Assembly (NCBI GenBank): GCA_031277035.1 | Contig: JAISLY010000004.1 | Coordinates: 26,980-90,979, forward strand | Origin: Coriobacteriales bacterium | GTDB lineage: Bacteria; Actinomycetota; Coriobacteriia; Coriobacteriales; UBA8131 | Reading direction: 5' to 3' | Length of the DNA: 64,000 nt | Shown here: positions 26,861-36,412 of the stretch, one piece after another | How the letters are laid out: every line of letters begins with the position of its first letter | How positions within the stretch are numbered: the stretch's first letter is position 1 | Program-made: the position numbers and the translations under genes | The notes under the pieces: model-generated | Seen by the model: only the letters and a program-made list of their open reading frames with translations | Database searches by the model: none | Told to the model about the DNA's origin: nothing

Positions 26861-28347
26861 AGACCACCGTCACCTTCCTGCTCAACGGCGAGACGGTCAC
26901 CTGGCGTGGAGACCCGGGCATGAAGCTGCTCGACCTGCTCCGCGACGAACTGGGCATGACCGAGGTAAAGTGCGGCTGTCGAGAAGGCGAGTGCGGCGCG
27001 TGCAGTGTGTTGCTGGACGGCGTGCTGGTGAACAGCTGCCTGGTAGCGGCAGGTCGCGTGGATGCCTGTGCGGTGACGACGCTTGCGGGCCTGCGGACGA
27101 CCGCGCGTTTTGCGGCGCTGGATAAGGCCTTTGCCCGGCACTCCGCCGTGCAGTGCGGCTATTGCATTCCCGGCATGATCCTGGCGGCCGAGGCGCTGCT
27201 TGTGCGCACGCCGCAGCCCAGCGAGGCCGAGATACGCGTGGCCATCAGCGGCAACCTCTGCCGCTGTACCGGCTACAACGCCATCGTCGCTGCGATACGG
27301 GAAGCCGCCGAGGAGCTGGCCGGGGCGGCGGCGGCGGGGGCGGGGGCGGATGCTGTGGCAGGCGATGCGGCGCGTGATGTGGTGGGCGCTGCGGTGGGCG
27401 CTGCGGTGGGCGATGTGGCGAGCGTCGCCCCCGTCGCCCCCGCCGCCGCCCCGGGCGCTGCGGCCCTGTGCCCCACCGCCCTGCCCGAAGCCCTTGAACT
27501 TCTGGCGGCAAAAAACCTCGTTCCCTGCGCCGGCGGCACCGATTTGCTCGCACATGAATACGCGCCGCCCGCCCCTGAGGGCAGCGAACTGCTCTTCGTG
27601 CATCGCATCGGCGAGCTCAAAGCGCTTCGTTGGGAGGGCGACGTACTGCGTATCGGCGCCGGTCTCACCTATGGCGAGCTGCTTGACAGGAGTCAGATTC
27701 CCGAGATTTTGCGTACCGCCATAGCCTCGATTGCGGCGCCCGCAGTGCGCAATGCCGGCACGATAGGCGGCAACCTCGCCAATGCCAGCCCCAAAGGCGA
27801 TGCCGCGCTGGCCTGTTTCGTGACGGACTGCACGCTGCGTCTGGTCAGTGTGCACGGTGAGCGGCTTGTGCCGATTGGGGCATTTTACCAGGGACGCGGG
27901 CGCACCGTGCGCAGACCCGACGAGCTGCTTGTCGAAATCCTGATGCCCACCCGCTGGACGCAGGAGGGTCGATGGACTTTTGAGAAGGTGGGCGGTCGCA
28001 AGGCGCTGGCAATCTCACGCGTCTCCTTCGCGGGGCTTGTCGCCTTCGACATCGACGCAAGCCCCCACGACACCGACGCAAGCCCCCACGGCACCGCGAA
28101 TACCGAGCCCACCATCACCCACCTCGCCACCGCATTTGGCGCCGTGGCGGATGTGGTGGTGCGCCGCCCCGAGATTGACGCGATGCTCATCGGCTGTGCG
28201 CTCACAGAGGCACAGACGCGCATCCCCGAATGGCTCGCCACCTGGGAGGCGGCTCTCCAGCCGGTTCGTGGCAGGGTCTCGGCAGAATACCGCAAGCAGG
28301 TTTGCCTCAACCTGGCTCGCGCTTTTATTGAGAGGAGTCTGTCGTGA
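26857..28347 (+). CDS. Fused [2Fe-2S] (CoxS-like) and FAD-binding (CoxM-like) XDH subunit joined by a Gly/Ala/Val linker
   Basis: CGCREGECGACSV and CGYCIPG...CRCTGY cluster motifs, a low-complexity linker, then AGGTDL and GTIGGNLANASP FAD-domain motifs. ATGA overlap with the upstream gene. Confidence 0.88.
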   Translation: MKTTVTFLLNGETVTWRGDPGMKLLDLLRDELGMTEVKCGCREGECGACSVLLDGVLVNSCLVAAGRVDACAVTTLAGLRTTARFAALDKAFARHSAVQCGYCIPGMILAAEALLVRTPQPSEAEIRVAISGNLCRCTGYNAIVAAIREAAEELAGAAAAGAGADAVAGDAARDVVGAAVGAAVGDVASVAPVAPAAAPGAAALCPTALPEALELLAAKNLVPCAGGTDLLAHEYAPPAPEGSELLFVHRIGELKALRWEGDVLRIGAGLTYGELLDRSQIPEILRTAIASIAAPAVRNAGTIGGNLANASPKGDAALACFVTDCTLRLVSVHGERLVPIGAFYQGRGRTVRRPDELLVEILMPTRWTQEGRWTFEKVGGRKALAISRVSFAGLVAFDIDASPHDTDASPHGTANTEPTITHLATAFGAVADVVVRRPEIDAMLIGCALTEAQTRIPEWLATWEAALQPVRGRVSAEYRKQVCLNLARAFIERSLS

Positions 28348-29819
28348 GCACTTCGTTTGTCTTGAAGGGCGACCTTCTCCAGAGCATCTCGCCAGGCGAA
28401 CTTTCCGTGATTGAGGACGGCTACCTTGTGTGCGTAGAGGGCCTTTCGGCAGGTGCCTTTAGCGAGCTACCCGAACGTTTTGCGGGCCTTGAGCTGCGCG
28501 ATTACACAGGCGCCCTCATTATTCCCGGCCTCGTGGATTTGCATACCCACGCGCCGCAGTACAGCTATCGCGGTACCGGCATGGACCTTGAGCTGCTCGA
28601 CTGGCTTCAGAACTACACCTATCCCGAGGAGGCGCGCTACCGCGACCTCAACTATGCAAAACCAGCCTACGAGGCCTTTGTCGCGCGGCTTGTGGCGGGA
28701 GCGACGACGCGCGTGGCGGTTTTTTCCACGGTGCATGTGCCAGCGACGCTGCTTCTCATGGACCTGTTGGAGCAAAGCGGGCTTGCCTCCTTTGTGGGCA
28801 AGGTGAACATGGACCGCAACGCCCCGGACACACTGCGCGAACCGAGCGCCGCGGCCGCCCTGCAAAGCACCGCCGAGTGGTTGGAGCAGACCGCTGCCCG
28901 CGGCTATCGCCGCACGCGGCCCATTCTCACGCCGCGCTTTATCCCCGCGTGTTCCGATGAACTGATGAGGGGCTTGGGAGCGATGCAGCAGGAATCGTCC
29001 TCTTTTGTCTCCGACACACAGGAATCGTCCCCTTCTTCCCCCTCTGCTGCCCCTCCTTCTGCCCCTCCTTCTGTTCCCGCTTCTGTCCCCGTCCAGAGTC
29101 ACCTCTCCGAGAACCTGCGCGAGATTGAATGGGTGCGCGAGTTGCGACCACAGGCGGCGAGCTATGCCGCGGCCTATTGCGATGACGGCCTGCTCGGTGG
29201 CCCGTCCTGCCCGACGATTATGGCGCACTGCGTGTACCTGGAGCCCGAGGAGGCCGCATTGCTCAAGGCCCGGGGCGTCTGGATTGCGCACTGTGCGGAG
29301 TCCAACACCAATCTGGCCAGCGGCATCGCCCCGGTGCGCAGCTATCTGACAGACGGGCTGCGCGTCGGGCTTGGCACCGATGTCGCGGGAGGCTCAGGTC
29401 TTTCGGTCTTTCGGGCGATGATGCACTCGATACAGGCCTCCAAGCTGCGGTGGCGCTTTGTTGATGAGCGCCTGGCGCCGCTTACCGCAGCCGAGGCCTT
29501 TTATCTGGCGACGCGAGGCGGCGGCAGCTTCTGGGGCAAGGTTGGCGGCTTTGAGGAGGGCTTTGAGTTCGACGCCGTTGTGCTTAACGAGCGCGCCCCG
29601 CAGAGTGCCGCCCCGCTTAACGAGTGCGCCCCGCAGAGTGCCGCCCCGCTTGCCGAGCGCGCCCCGCACGCCGCACGGCCCCTCAGCCCCGCCGAGCACT
29701 CTCCGCACGCCGCACGGCCCCTCAGCCCCGCCGAGCGCCTGGAGCGCCTGATCTATGCCGACGGCGATGCCTGCGTTGTGGAGAAGTATGTGGCCGGCGG
29801 CAGGGTCTGCGCAACATAA
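28344..29819 (+). CDS. guaD: Guanine deaminase (amidohydrolase superfamily) with two repeat insertions
   Basis: PGLVDLHTHAPQYSYRGTG...LLDWLQNYTYPEE, and the HCVYL and GTDVAGG metal ligands. Confidence 0.8.
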   Translation: MSTSFVLKGDLLQSISPGELSVIEDGYLVCVEGLSAGAFSELPERFAGLELRDYTGALIIPGLVDLHTHAPQYSYRGTGMDLELLDWLQNYTYPEEARYRDLNYAKPAYEAFVARLVAGATTRVAVFSTVHVPATLLLMDLLEQSGLASFVGKVNMDRNAPDTLREPSAAAALQSTAEWLEQTAARGYRRTRPILTPRFIPACSDELMRGLGAMQQESSSFVSDTQESSPSSPSAAPPSAPPSVPASVPVQSHLSENLREIEWVRELRPQAASYAAAYCDDGLLGGPSCPTIMAHCVYLEPEEAALLKARGVWIAHCAESNTNLASGIAPVRSYLTDGLRVGLGTDVAGGSGLSVFRAMMHSIQASKLRWRFVDERLAPLTAAEAFYLATRGGGSFWGKVGGFEEGFEFDAVVLNERAPQSAAPLNECAPQSAAPLAERAPHAARPLSPAEHSPHAARPLSPAERLERLIYADGDACVVEKYVAGGRVCAT

Positions 29820-29867
29820 GGCAATAGCGTAAAAAATTTACAGAGCATAAGGAGAAAGCATTACGGG

Positions 29868-29966
29868 GTACGCATCAGTCCTGCGCCTCGAAACGACAGA
29901 TGATGAGCGCAAGCTGCTCAAGGGCCTCCAGAAGTACGCATCAGCCCTGCGCCTCGAAACGACAGA
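29868..29966. repeat. 33-bp direct repeat x2 with 66-bp period (gtacgcatcagYcctgcgcctcgaaacgacaga)
   Basis: Copies at 29868-29900 and 29934-29966, one mismatch. Located upstream of the PLP-enzyme gene. Confidence 0.9.
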
Positions 29967-30079
29967 GCCGTGCCTGCGTAAATCCGGGCACTCTACACCG
30001 ATGCCTTCCTCCAGACATGAGCAGGGTGGCCAATATCTGCTAAAGTGTCACTTCACCCCTACAAAGGAGCGACACGCGT

Positions 30080-31555
30080 ATGATAGACCTCACCATCGAC
30101 AAGAACGGCCTGGCGCATAACATCAAAAAGGCACGCGAGACCGGCGTTGTCATCCCCACCATCGCGCAGATGCAACGCCCCGAGACCATCCCCGCAAAGA
30201 TACGCGAGCGGCTCAAAGGCGTTGGGCTTTGGGACGTAAACCCCTTAAACCTCTTTCGCATCACCTGGAAAAACGAACCTGCGGAGACCGGTGGCCTTTT
30301 TCAGAAAGCCCCCAACTACCTCGAGATACCCCCCGAGCTCTCGGGCGTCCCGGCGCGCATTATTGCGATGGTGGGCAAGTGGTTTCCGACCGGCTGCCAC
30401 AAGGTGGGCGCGTCGTTTGGCTGTCTGGCGCCGCGGCTGGTCACCGGTCAGTTTGACGTGGAGCGGCACAAGGCCGTCTGGCCTTCGACCGGCAACTATT
30501 GTCGCGGCGGGGCCTTTAACTCCAAACTCCTGGGGGCGCAGGGCGTGGCCATTCTGCCCGCAGAGATGAGCCGTGAGCGCTTTGAGTGGCTCCATTCCAT
30601 CGATGCGGAGGTCATTGCCACACCGGGCTGCGAATCCAACGTCAAGGAGATATTTGACAAGACCAACGAGCTGCGACGCGACCCCCACTACATGATTTTC
30701 AACCAGTTTGAGGAGATGGGCAATCCGCTGTGGCATTACAACGTTACGGGCAATGCGTTAGCCGAACTGTTTGAGGCCATCAAGCGACCCGAGGACCGCT
30801 TCGTCGGGGCCTGCTTTACCTCGGGCTCGGCTGGTACGCTTGCCGCCGGCGACCGTCTCAAAGAGCTCTATCCGCAGCTCAAACTGGCCGTGGGCGAGGC
30901 CCTGCAATGCCCGACAATCCTTACCAACGGCTATGGCGGCCACCATATCGAGGGCATCGGCGATAAGCATATCCCCTGGATACACAATGTGCGCACCACC
31001 GACATGGTCATCGACATCGACGATAGCGACACGCTGCACCTGCTGCGACTCTTTAATACCTCCAAGGGCAAAGCCTATCTTCGGCGCGAACTTGGGTATG
31101 ACGACGAAGTCATCGAGCGCTTTACCTGGCTTGGCATCTCAGGGATTGCCAACATCCTGTGCTGCATCAAGATGGCGCGTTACTACGAGCTCGGCGAGCG
31201 CGACGTGGTGGCCACGGTGCTCACCGATTCGGCCGAGATGTACCAGAGTCGCATTCAGGAGATGAAGGCCGAACTTGGCCCGTACAGCGAGCGCCTTGCC
31301 TTTGCCGACCATGAGCGGCGTCTGCTTGGCCAGGGAACTGCGAATATGGCCGAGCTGGACTATTACGGGCGCAAACGCGTGCACAACCTCAAGTATTACA
31401 CCTGGGTTGAGCAGCAGGGCAAAACCGAGCGCGAGCTGAACGCACTGTGGTACGACCCCGAAGGCACCTGGGACAGGGTACACGCGCAGGCTGCCGAGCT
31501 TGACAAGCTCATCGGCGCCTTTAACGACAAGGTGGGCGTGCTGGCAGCACTGTAA
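30080..31555 (+). CDS. Fold-type II (Trp-synthase-beta/cysteine-synthase-like) PLP-dependent enzyme, function unknown
   Basis: Candidate PLP-lysine context FPTGCHKVGASF and a Gly-rich phosphate loop FTSGSAGT. 491 aa with a long C-terminal extension. AAAGGAG RBS. Confidence 0.7.
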   Translation: MIDLTIDKNGLAHNIKKARETGVVIPTIAQMQRPETIPAKIRERLKGVGLWDVNPLNLFRITWKNEPAETGGLFQKAPNYLEIPPELSGVPARIIAMVGKWFPTGCHKVGASFGCLAPRLVTGQFDVERHKAVWPSTGNYCRGGAFNSKLLGAQGVAILPAEMSRERFEWLHSIDAEVIATPGCESNVKEIFDKTNELRRDPHYMIFNQFEEMGNPLWHYNVTGNALAELFEAIKRPEDRFVGACFTSGSAGTLAAGDRLKELYPQLKLAVGEALQCPTILTNGYGGHHIEGIGDKHIPWIHNVRTTDMVIDIDDSDTLHLLRLFNTSKGKAYLRRELGYDDEVIERFTWLGISGIANILCCIKMARYYELGERDVVATVLTDSAEMYQSRIQEMKAELGPYSERLAFADHERRLLGQGTANMAELDYYGRKRVHNLKYYTWVEQQGKTERELNALWYDPEGTWDRVHAQAAELDKLIGAFNDKVGVLAAL

Positions 31556-31632
31556 GGGAGCGCCCGGCACCTCCTTGAGGGAACGGAAAAAGTGAGTTAA
31601 ACTAAAAATATGTCAGCTCACCTAAAAATTAG

Positions 31633-31661
31633 TTGACATCGCGGGCGGCAGGCCGCATACT
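31633..31661 (+). promoter_or_regulatory. Candidate sigma-70-type promoter TTGACA-N17-CATACT upstream of the YheO-type regulator
   Basis: Read directly; it lies in an AT-rich stretch. Confidence 0.35.
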
Positions 31662-31689
31662 TGCCCGGTAGGCAAAACCGGGAGGCACG

Positions 31690-32394
31690 ATGGACAAGCA
31701 GTCCCGCAAGCGGGAATTCAAACAGCTCAGACCCCTGCTCGACGCGATTGCGGCAGGGATTGCGGGACAGTTCGGCCCCAATTGCGAAGTCGTTGTCCAT
31801 GACATCACCGATGGCCTGGAAAAGACCGTCGCCATCATCTACAACGGCCAGGTGAGTGGACGCAAAATTGGCGACGGAGCCAGCGAGACCGTCCTTGAGG
31901 CGCTCAGGAACAACGACATACGCGACCGCTATGGCTACTTTACCAACACCCGGGACGGGCGGATGCTCAAATCCACGACCATCAACATCCGGGGTACCGA
32001 CGGCACCGTCCTCGCCGCCATCTGCATCAATTTTGACATCAGCGACCTTGCCCTTGCCGCCCGTTCGCTCAACGAGTTTCTGGCTGCCGAGGAGCCGCCC
32101 ACACCGCTTGGGGCCGAGGCGATTTCGAGCAATGTCAACGAACTGCTCGACCAGCTTATCGAGGAGTCGCATCGCTACATCGGCAAGCCCATTGCGGCGA
32201 TGACCCGCCAGGACAAGACCGAGGCCATTCGCTATCTGGACCGCAAAGGCGCACTGCTCATCAAGAAAAGCTCGGAGCGCATCGCCCGGTATTACGGCAT
32301 CTCAAAATATACGCTCTACAACTATCTGGGCGAGACGGCAAAAGAGAAAGAAGCGCCGACGCCCGCCTTTGGTCACGGCCCGAATGACGGATAA
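31690..32394 (+). CDS. YheO-like transcriptional regulator (PAS-like N-domain + C-terminal HTH)
   Basis: FGPNCEVVVHDIT...IYNGQVSGRKIGD and a C-terminal ARYYGISKYTLYNYL helix-turn-helix. Confidence 0.75.
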   Translation: MDKQSRKREFKQLRPLLDAIAAGIAGQFGPNCEVVVHDITDGLEKTVAIIYNGQVSGRKIGDGASETVLEALRNNDIRDRYGYFTNTRDGRMLKSTTINIRGTDGTVLAAICINFDISDLALAARSLNEFLAAEEPPTPLGAEAISSNVNELLDQLIEESHRYIGKPIAAMTRQDKTEAIRYLDRKGALLIKKSSERIARYYGISKYTLYNYLGETAKEKEAPTPAFGHGPNDG

Positions 32395-32404
32395 GGAGAA
32401 CTTC

Positions 32405-33673
32405 ATGCGCGAACCCATCAACACACGCGAGCCCATCAGCACACGCGAACCCATCAGCACACGCGAGCCTATCAAATGGACGCCGAACACCATGCCGCAC
32501 TTCGATGGCGGCCTGAGCCTTGCAAACCTGCTTTCGCGTGAGGAGATTGAGAAGGCGCGGGCGTTTCACCGCTCAATACCGGGCTATCTCGCCACGCCGC
32601 TTGCCAAGCTCGACCACCTGGCGGCCCATCTCGGTGTGCGGGGCATCTACGTCAAGGACGAGTCGCGCCGCTTTAATCTCAAGTCCTTCAAGATGCTCGG
32701 GGCCTCCTACGCGGTCGCTCGATATATCGCCCAGCGCCTCGACACGGACATCGCCGAACTCAGCTACGAGGACATTGTTTCGCCCGAGACGAGGGAAAAG
32801 CTCGGGCAGATTACCTTTTATGCCGCCACGGATGGCAATCATGGGCGCGCTGTTGCCTGGGCGGCCAGTCGTCTGGGGCAGAAATCGGTCGTCTGCATGC
32901 CAGCCGGCAGTTCATTGGCACGGCTTGAGAACATTCGGGCGGAGGGCGCTGAGGCGTGGATTACCGAGCTGAACTACGATGACGCCATCCGCTACGTCAA
33001 ACAGCTTGCCGAGCGCGATGAGAACGGCGTTGTCATTCAGGACACCACCTGGCCGGGCTACGAGGACATCCCCGGATGGATCATGCAGGGCTACTGCGGC
33101 ATGGCCGAGGAGGCCGACGAGCAGTTGCGGCTTTATGGCGAGGATCGCCCCACACATGTCTTTGTGCAGGCAGGCGTTGGTGCTCTGGCTGGCGCTGTGC
33201 AGGGCTATTACGCGAACACCTACGGCGAAGATTGCCCCATCACGACCATCGTCGAGGCCTCAGCCGCCGACTGCGTCTATCGCTCCGCTCTGGCAAACGA
33301 ACGAGTCCGGGTGGAGGGGGAGATGAACACGATGATGGCCGGTCTGGCCTGCGGTGAGGTCTGCTCGCTTTCCTGGGACGTGCTCAAGGCCAAAGCGAGC
33401 TTTTTTGTCTCCGCTCCCGACTGGGTAACCGCGCGCGGCATGCGTGTGCTGGCCGCCCCCCTGCGCGGCGATGAGTCGGTCGTCTCGGGGGAGTCGGGCG
33501 CGGTTGGTCTCGGGCTTGTCTCCATCGTGCTTACCAGCCCGGACTACGCCGATTTTCGCGCGGCGCTGAAGCTGGATGAGCATTCCGTAATCATGTGCTT
33601 TTCCACCGAGGGCAATACCGACCCCGAGGCCTGGCGCCGCATCGTCTGGGACGGGCTGTGCCCCTCCTATTGA
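32405..33673 (+). CDS. ygeX: Diaminopropionate ammonia-lyase family PLP enzyme
   Basis: FKMLGASYAV (PLP Lys) and ATDGNHGRAVAWAA. ATG 32405 follows AAGGAGA. The N-terminus has REPI(N/S)T repeats. Confidence 0.85.
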   Translation: MREPINTREPISTREPISTREPIKWTPNTMPHFDGGLSLANLLSREEIEKARAFHRSIPGYLATPLAKLDHLAAHLGVRGIYVKDESRRFNLKSFKMLGASYAVARYIAQRLDTDIAELSYEDIVSPETREKLGQITFYAATDGNHGRAVAWAASRLGQKSVVCMPAGSSLARLENIRAEGAEAWITELNYDDAIRYVKQLAERDENGVVIQDTTWPGYEDIPGWIMQGYCGMAEEADEQLRLYGEDRPTHVFVQAGVGALAGAVQGYYANTYGEDCPITTIVEASAADCVYRSALANERVRVEGEMNTMMAGLACGEVCSLSWDVLKAKASFFVSAPDWVTARGMRVLAAPLRGDESVVSGESGAVGLGLVSIVLTSPDYADFRAALKLDEHSVIMCFSTEGNTDPEAWRRIVWDGLCPSY

Positions 33674-33690
33674 CGCCGGGTGTCAGGAAC

Positions 33691-33820
33691 GCCGACCGCC
33701 CCACCGAGGGCACCACTGCCCCACCGACTGACGCACCACTGCCCCACTGCCTGCCCCACCGCTCGACCGCCCCACCGCCCCACTGCCCGCCCCACCGACC
33801 GACGCCCCACCGAGGGCACC
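33691..33820. repeat. C-rich low-complexity array (gccccaccg units) in the ygeY leader
   Basis: Read directly. Both ends share ccccaccgagggcacc. Confidence 0.8.
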
Positions 33821-33842
33821 GAAAGGATTTTTGGAGGAAACT

Positions 33843-35222
33843 ATGGATTTTGCGGCACTTGAACAACAGGCGCAGAGCTATCGCGCCCAGATGACGGCCT
33901 TTCTCCGCGACCTGATCCGTCTGCCCGGCGAGAGCACCTTTGAGGAGCCCACGGCACGCCGAATCGTCCAGGAGATGGAGCAGCTTGGTTTTGACGAGGC
34001 TCGCATCGACGCGATGGGCAATGTCATCGGCTCTGTGGGCGTGGGCGCGCGCCTTATCGCCTATGACGGGCATATCGATACGGTCGGCGTCGGCAAGAGG
34101 GAAAACTGGGACTTCGACCCCTTTGAGGGCTTCGAAACTGAGGCCGAGATTGGCGGGCGCGGCGCATCCGACCAGCTCGGAGGCATCGTCTCTGCGGTCT
34201 ATGGCGCGCGCATCATGAAGGATCTCGGACTGCTTGACGACCGCTATCGGGTGATGGTGACCGGCACGGTGCAGGAGGAGGATTGCGACGGCCTGTGCTG
34301 GGAATACCTCATCAGGGAGGAGGGCATCCGGCCTGAGTTCGTCGTGCTCACCGAGCCGACCGACCAGGGCATCTATCGCGGCCATCGGGGACGCATGGAG
34401 ATACGCGTTGAGGTTGGTGGCCTGAGCTGCCACGGCAGTGCGCCTGAGCGCGGCGATAACGCCATCTACAAGATGGCGCGTATTCTCACCGAGGTCGAGG
34501 CGCTCAATGCCAGGCTGAAGGATGATGCCTTCCTCGGTAAGGGCACGCTGGCAGTCTCCGAGATATTCTTCACCTCACCCTCACGCTGTGCCGTGGCTGA
34601 CAGCTGCGCCATCTCCATCGACCGCCGCCTGACCGACGGGGAGACCTACCTGGACGCGCTTGAGGAAATCAGGGCTTTGCCGAGCGTGCAGAAATACGGT
34701 GCCGAGGTCTCGATGTATACCTATGAACGCCCCAGCTATACGGGGCTCGTCTATCCGATTGACTGCTACTTTCCCACCTGGGTCATCCCCGCCACAGCCG
34801 GGCCCGTCCGTGCCGCCGTGGCCGCGCATCGCGGCCTGTACGGCGAGCCGCGTGTGGGCAAATGGACCTTCTCGACCAACGGCGTGAGCATCATGGGGCG
34901 CAACAACATCCCCTGTATCGGCTTTGGGCCGGGCAGGGAGGCCCAGGCGCACGCCCCCAACGAGCGCACCTGGAAAGACGAGCTCGTGCGCTGTGCCGCC
35001 GTCTACGCCGCCATCCCCACGCTGTATCTGGAAGGCGAGACGGAGAGCAGCGCGGGTGCAGACGTGGGTGCAGGTGCAGGTGCGGACGCGGGCGCAACGA
35101 ACAGTGCGGGTACAGGCGCGGACGCAACGAGCGGCACGGGCGCAACGAGCGGCGCGGACGCAACAAGCGGCGCGGACGCAACGAGCGCAACGAACAAGGA
35201 ACAGGAAGGAACGCACGCATGA
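33843..35222 (+). CDS. ygeY: YgeY-family M20 metallohydrolase with a ~55-aa Gly/Ala/Thr tail
   Basis: M20 pattern ([36 protein letters not shown]). ATG 33843 follows GGAGGA. Confidence 0.85.
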   Translation: MDFAALEQQAQSYRAQMTAFLRDLIRLPGESTFEEPTARRIVQEMEQLGFDEARIDAMGNVIGSVGVGARLIAYDGHIDTVGVGKRENWDFDPFEGFETEAEIGGRGASDQLGGIVSAVYGARIMKDLGLLDDRYRVMVTGTVQEEDCDGLCWEYLIREEGIRPEFVVLTEPTDQGIYRGHRGRMEIRVEVGGLSCHGSAPERGDNAIYKMARILTEVEALNARLKDDAFLGKGTLAVSEIFFTSPSRCAVADSCAISIDRRLTDGETYLDALEEIRALPSVQKYGAEVSMYTYERPSYTGLVYPIDCYFPTWVIPATAGPVRAAVAAHRGLYGEPRVGKWTFSTNGVSIMGRNNIPCIGFGPGREAQAHAPNERTWKDELVRCAAVYAAIPTLYLEGETESSAGADVGAGAGADAGATNSAGTGADATSGTGATSGADATSGADATSATNKEQEGTHA

Positions 35223-36412
35223 GCAATATCGACAGCTATCTTAATCGCCTACGTACGCTTGATTTTGCAGGCATGTACGACAATGACTTCTTTCTCACCT
35301 GGGAAAAGACCACCGACGAACTGCTCGCGACTTTTACGCTCGCCGACGCGCTCAGGGAGCTGCGAACCCGAAACATCTCCGCCCGCGTCTTTGCGAGCGG
35401 TCTTGCCGTCTCGCTGTTTCGCGACAACTCCACGCGCACGCGTTTCTCCTTTGCCTCGGCCTGCAACCTGTTGGGTCTTGCGGTTCAAGACCTCGACGAG
35501 GGCACATCGCAGATTGCGCACGGCGAGACGGTACGCGAGACCGCGAACATGGTCTCGTTTATGGCTGATGTCGTGGGCATCCGCGACGATATGTATATCG
35601 GCAGGGGCGACGCCTATCAGCGCGAGGTCGCCGCGGCTTTGCGTGAGGGCTTTGACGAGGGTACGCTTGAGCAGCGCCCGACGCTCGTGAATCTGCAAAG
35701 CGACCTCGATCACCCCACGCAGACGATGGCCGACCTCAACCATCTCATCCACCATTTTGGCGGTGTTGAGCAGCTGCGCGGCAAGAAAATCGCCATGACC
35801 TGGGCCTATTCGCCCTCCTACGGCAAACCGCTTTCTGTGCCGCAGGGTGTCATCGGTCTCATGACCCGCTTTGGCATGGAGGTCGTCCTGGCTCACCCGG
35901 AAGGCTACGAGGTCATGCCCGAGGTGGAGGAGCTGGCCGCCCGGCAGGCGCGTGAGAGCGGCGGCTCCTTTACGCGGGCGGCCTCGATGGCCGAGGCCTT
36001 TGAGGGCGCCGACGTGGTCTATCCCAAAAGCTGGGCACCCTTTGCCGCCATGAAGCAGCGCACCAGCCTGTATGACCAGGGCGATGCAGGCGGGGTTGCT
36101 GAGCTGGAAAAGGAGCTGCTCGCGCAAAACGCCCTCCATAGGGACTGGGAGGCGAACGAGACCCTGATGGAGACGACCAAGGCTGGTCAGGGGCTGTATC
36201 TGCACTGTCTGCCGGCTGACATCAGCGGGGTGAGCTGTGCGGCCGGCGAGGTCGCCGCATCGGTTTTTGAGCGTTTTCGCCCCTCTCTGTACCAGGAGGC
36301 GAGCCATAAGCCCTACCTCATCGCGGCGATGATCCTGCTTGCGAAGCTGGAAGACCCCCTCGGCTCCCTCGCCGGCCGCACCGTTGCCACCCATCCCCGT
36401 TTCGCGGCATGA
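35219..36412 (+). CDS. ygeW: Knotted carbamoyltransferase YgeW family
   Basis: N-terminus [11 protein letters not shown]...[15 protein letters not shown] carbamoyl-phosphate motif and HCLPA. ATGA overlap with ygeY. Confidence 0.88.
   Translation: MSNIDSYLNRLRTLDFAGMYDNDFFLTWEKTTDELLATFTLADALRELRTRNISARVFASGLAVSLFRDNSTRTRFSFASACNLLGLAVQDLDEGTSQIAHGETVRETANMVSFMADVVGIRDDMYIGRGDAYQREVAAALREGFDEGTLEQRPTLVNLQSDLDHPTQTMADLNHLIHHFGGVEQLRGKKIAMTWAYSPSYGKPLSVPQGVIGLMTRFGMEVVLAHPEGYEVMPEVEELAARQARESGGSFTRAASMAEAFEGADVVYPKSWAPFAAMKQRTSLYDQGDAGGVAELEKELLAQNALHRDWEANETLMETTKAGQGLYLHCLPADISGVSCAAGEVAASVFERFRPSLYQEASHKPYLIAAMILLAKLEDPLGSLAGRTVATHPRFAA

Noticed and set aside
29820-30079. A purine/guanine-class riboswitch upstream of the PLP-enzyme gene. 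A hairpin gtgcc-tgcgtaaatcc-gggcac superficially recalls the P3 region.
   Set aside because: There is no P1/P2 architecture and no conserved junction nucleotides around the hairpin. The resemblance is limited to a 'gtaaat' loop.
29851-30079. An open reading frame encoding a repeated YAS(V/A)LRLETT peptide across the 33-bp direct repeats.
   Set aside because: There is no ATG/GTG/TTG start near its 5' end; only ATT follows the AAGGAG. The first ATG lies beyond both repeats. The frame runs out of phase into the PLP gene.
34862-35218. Upstream extensions of track ORFs: ygeW from 34862, purH from 45004, the PP2C-like gene from 55097, the ThiF-like gene to 59651, ygeX from 32369 and nrdR from 5218.
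   Set aside because: Each extension overlaps the preceding gene or a divergent gene. It encodes Arg-rich or otherwise non-conserved sequence. A downstream start with an RBS coincides with the conserved family N-terminus.
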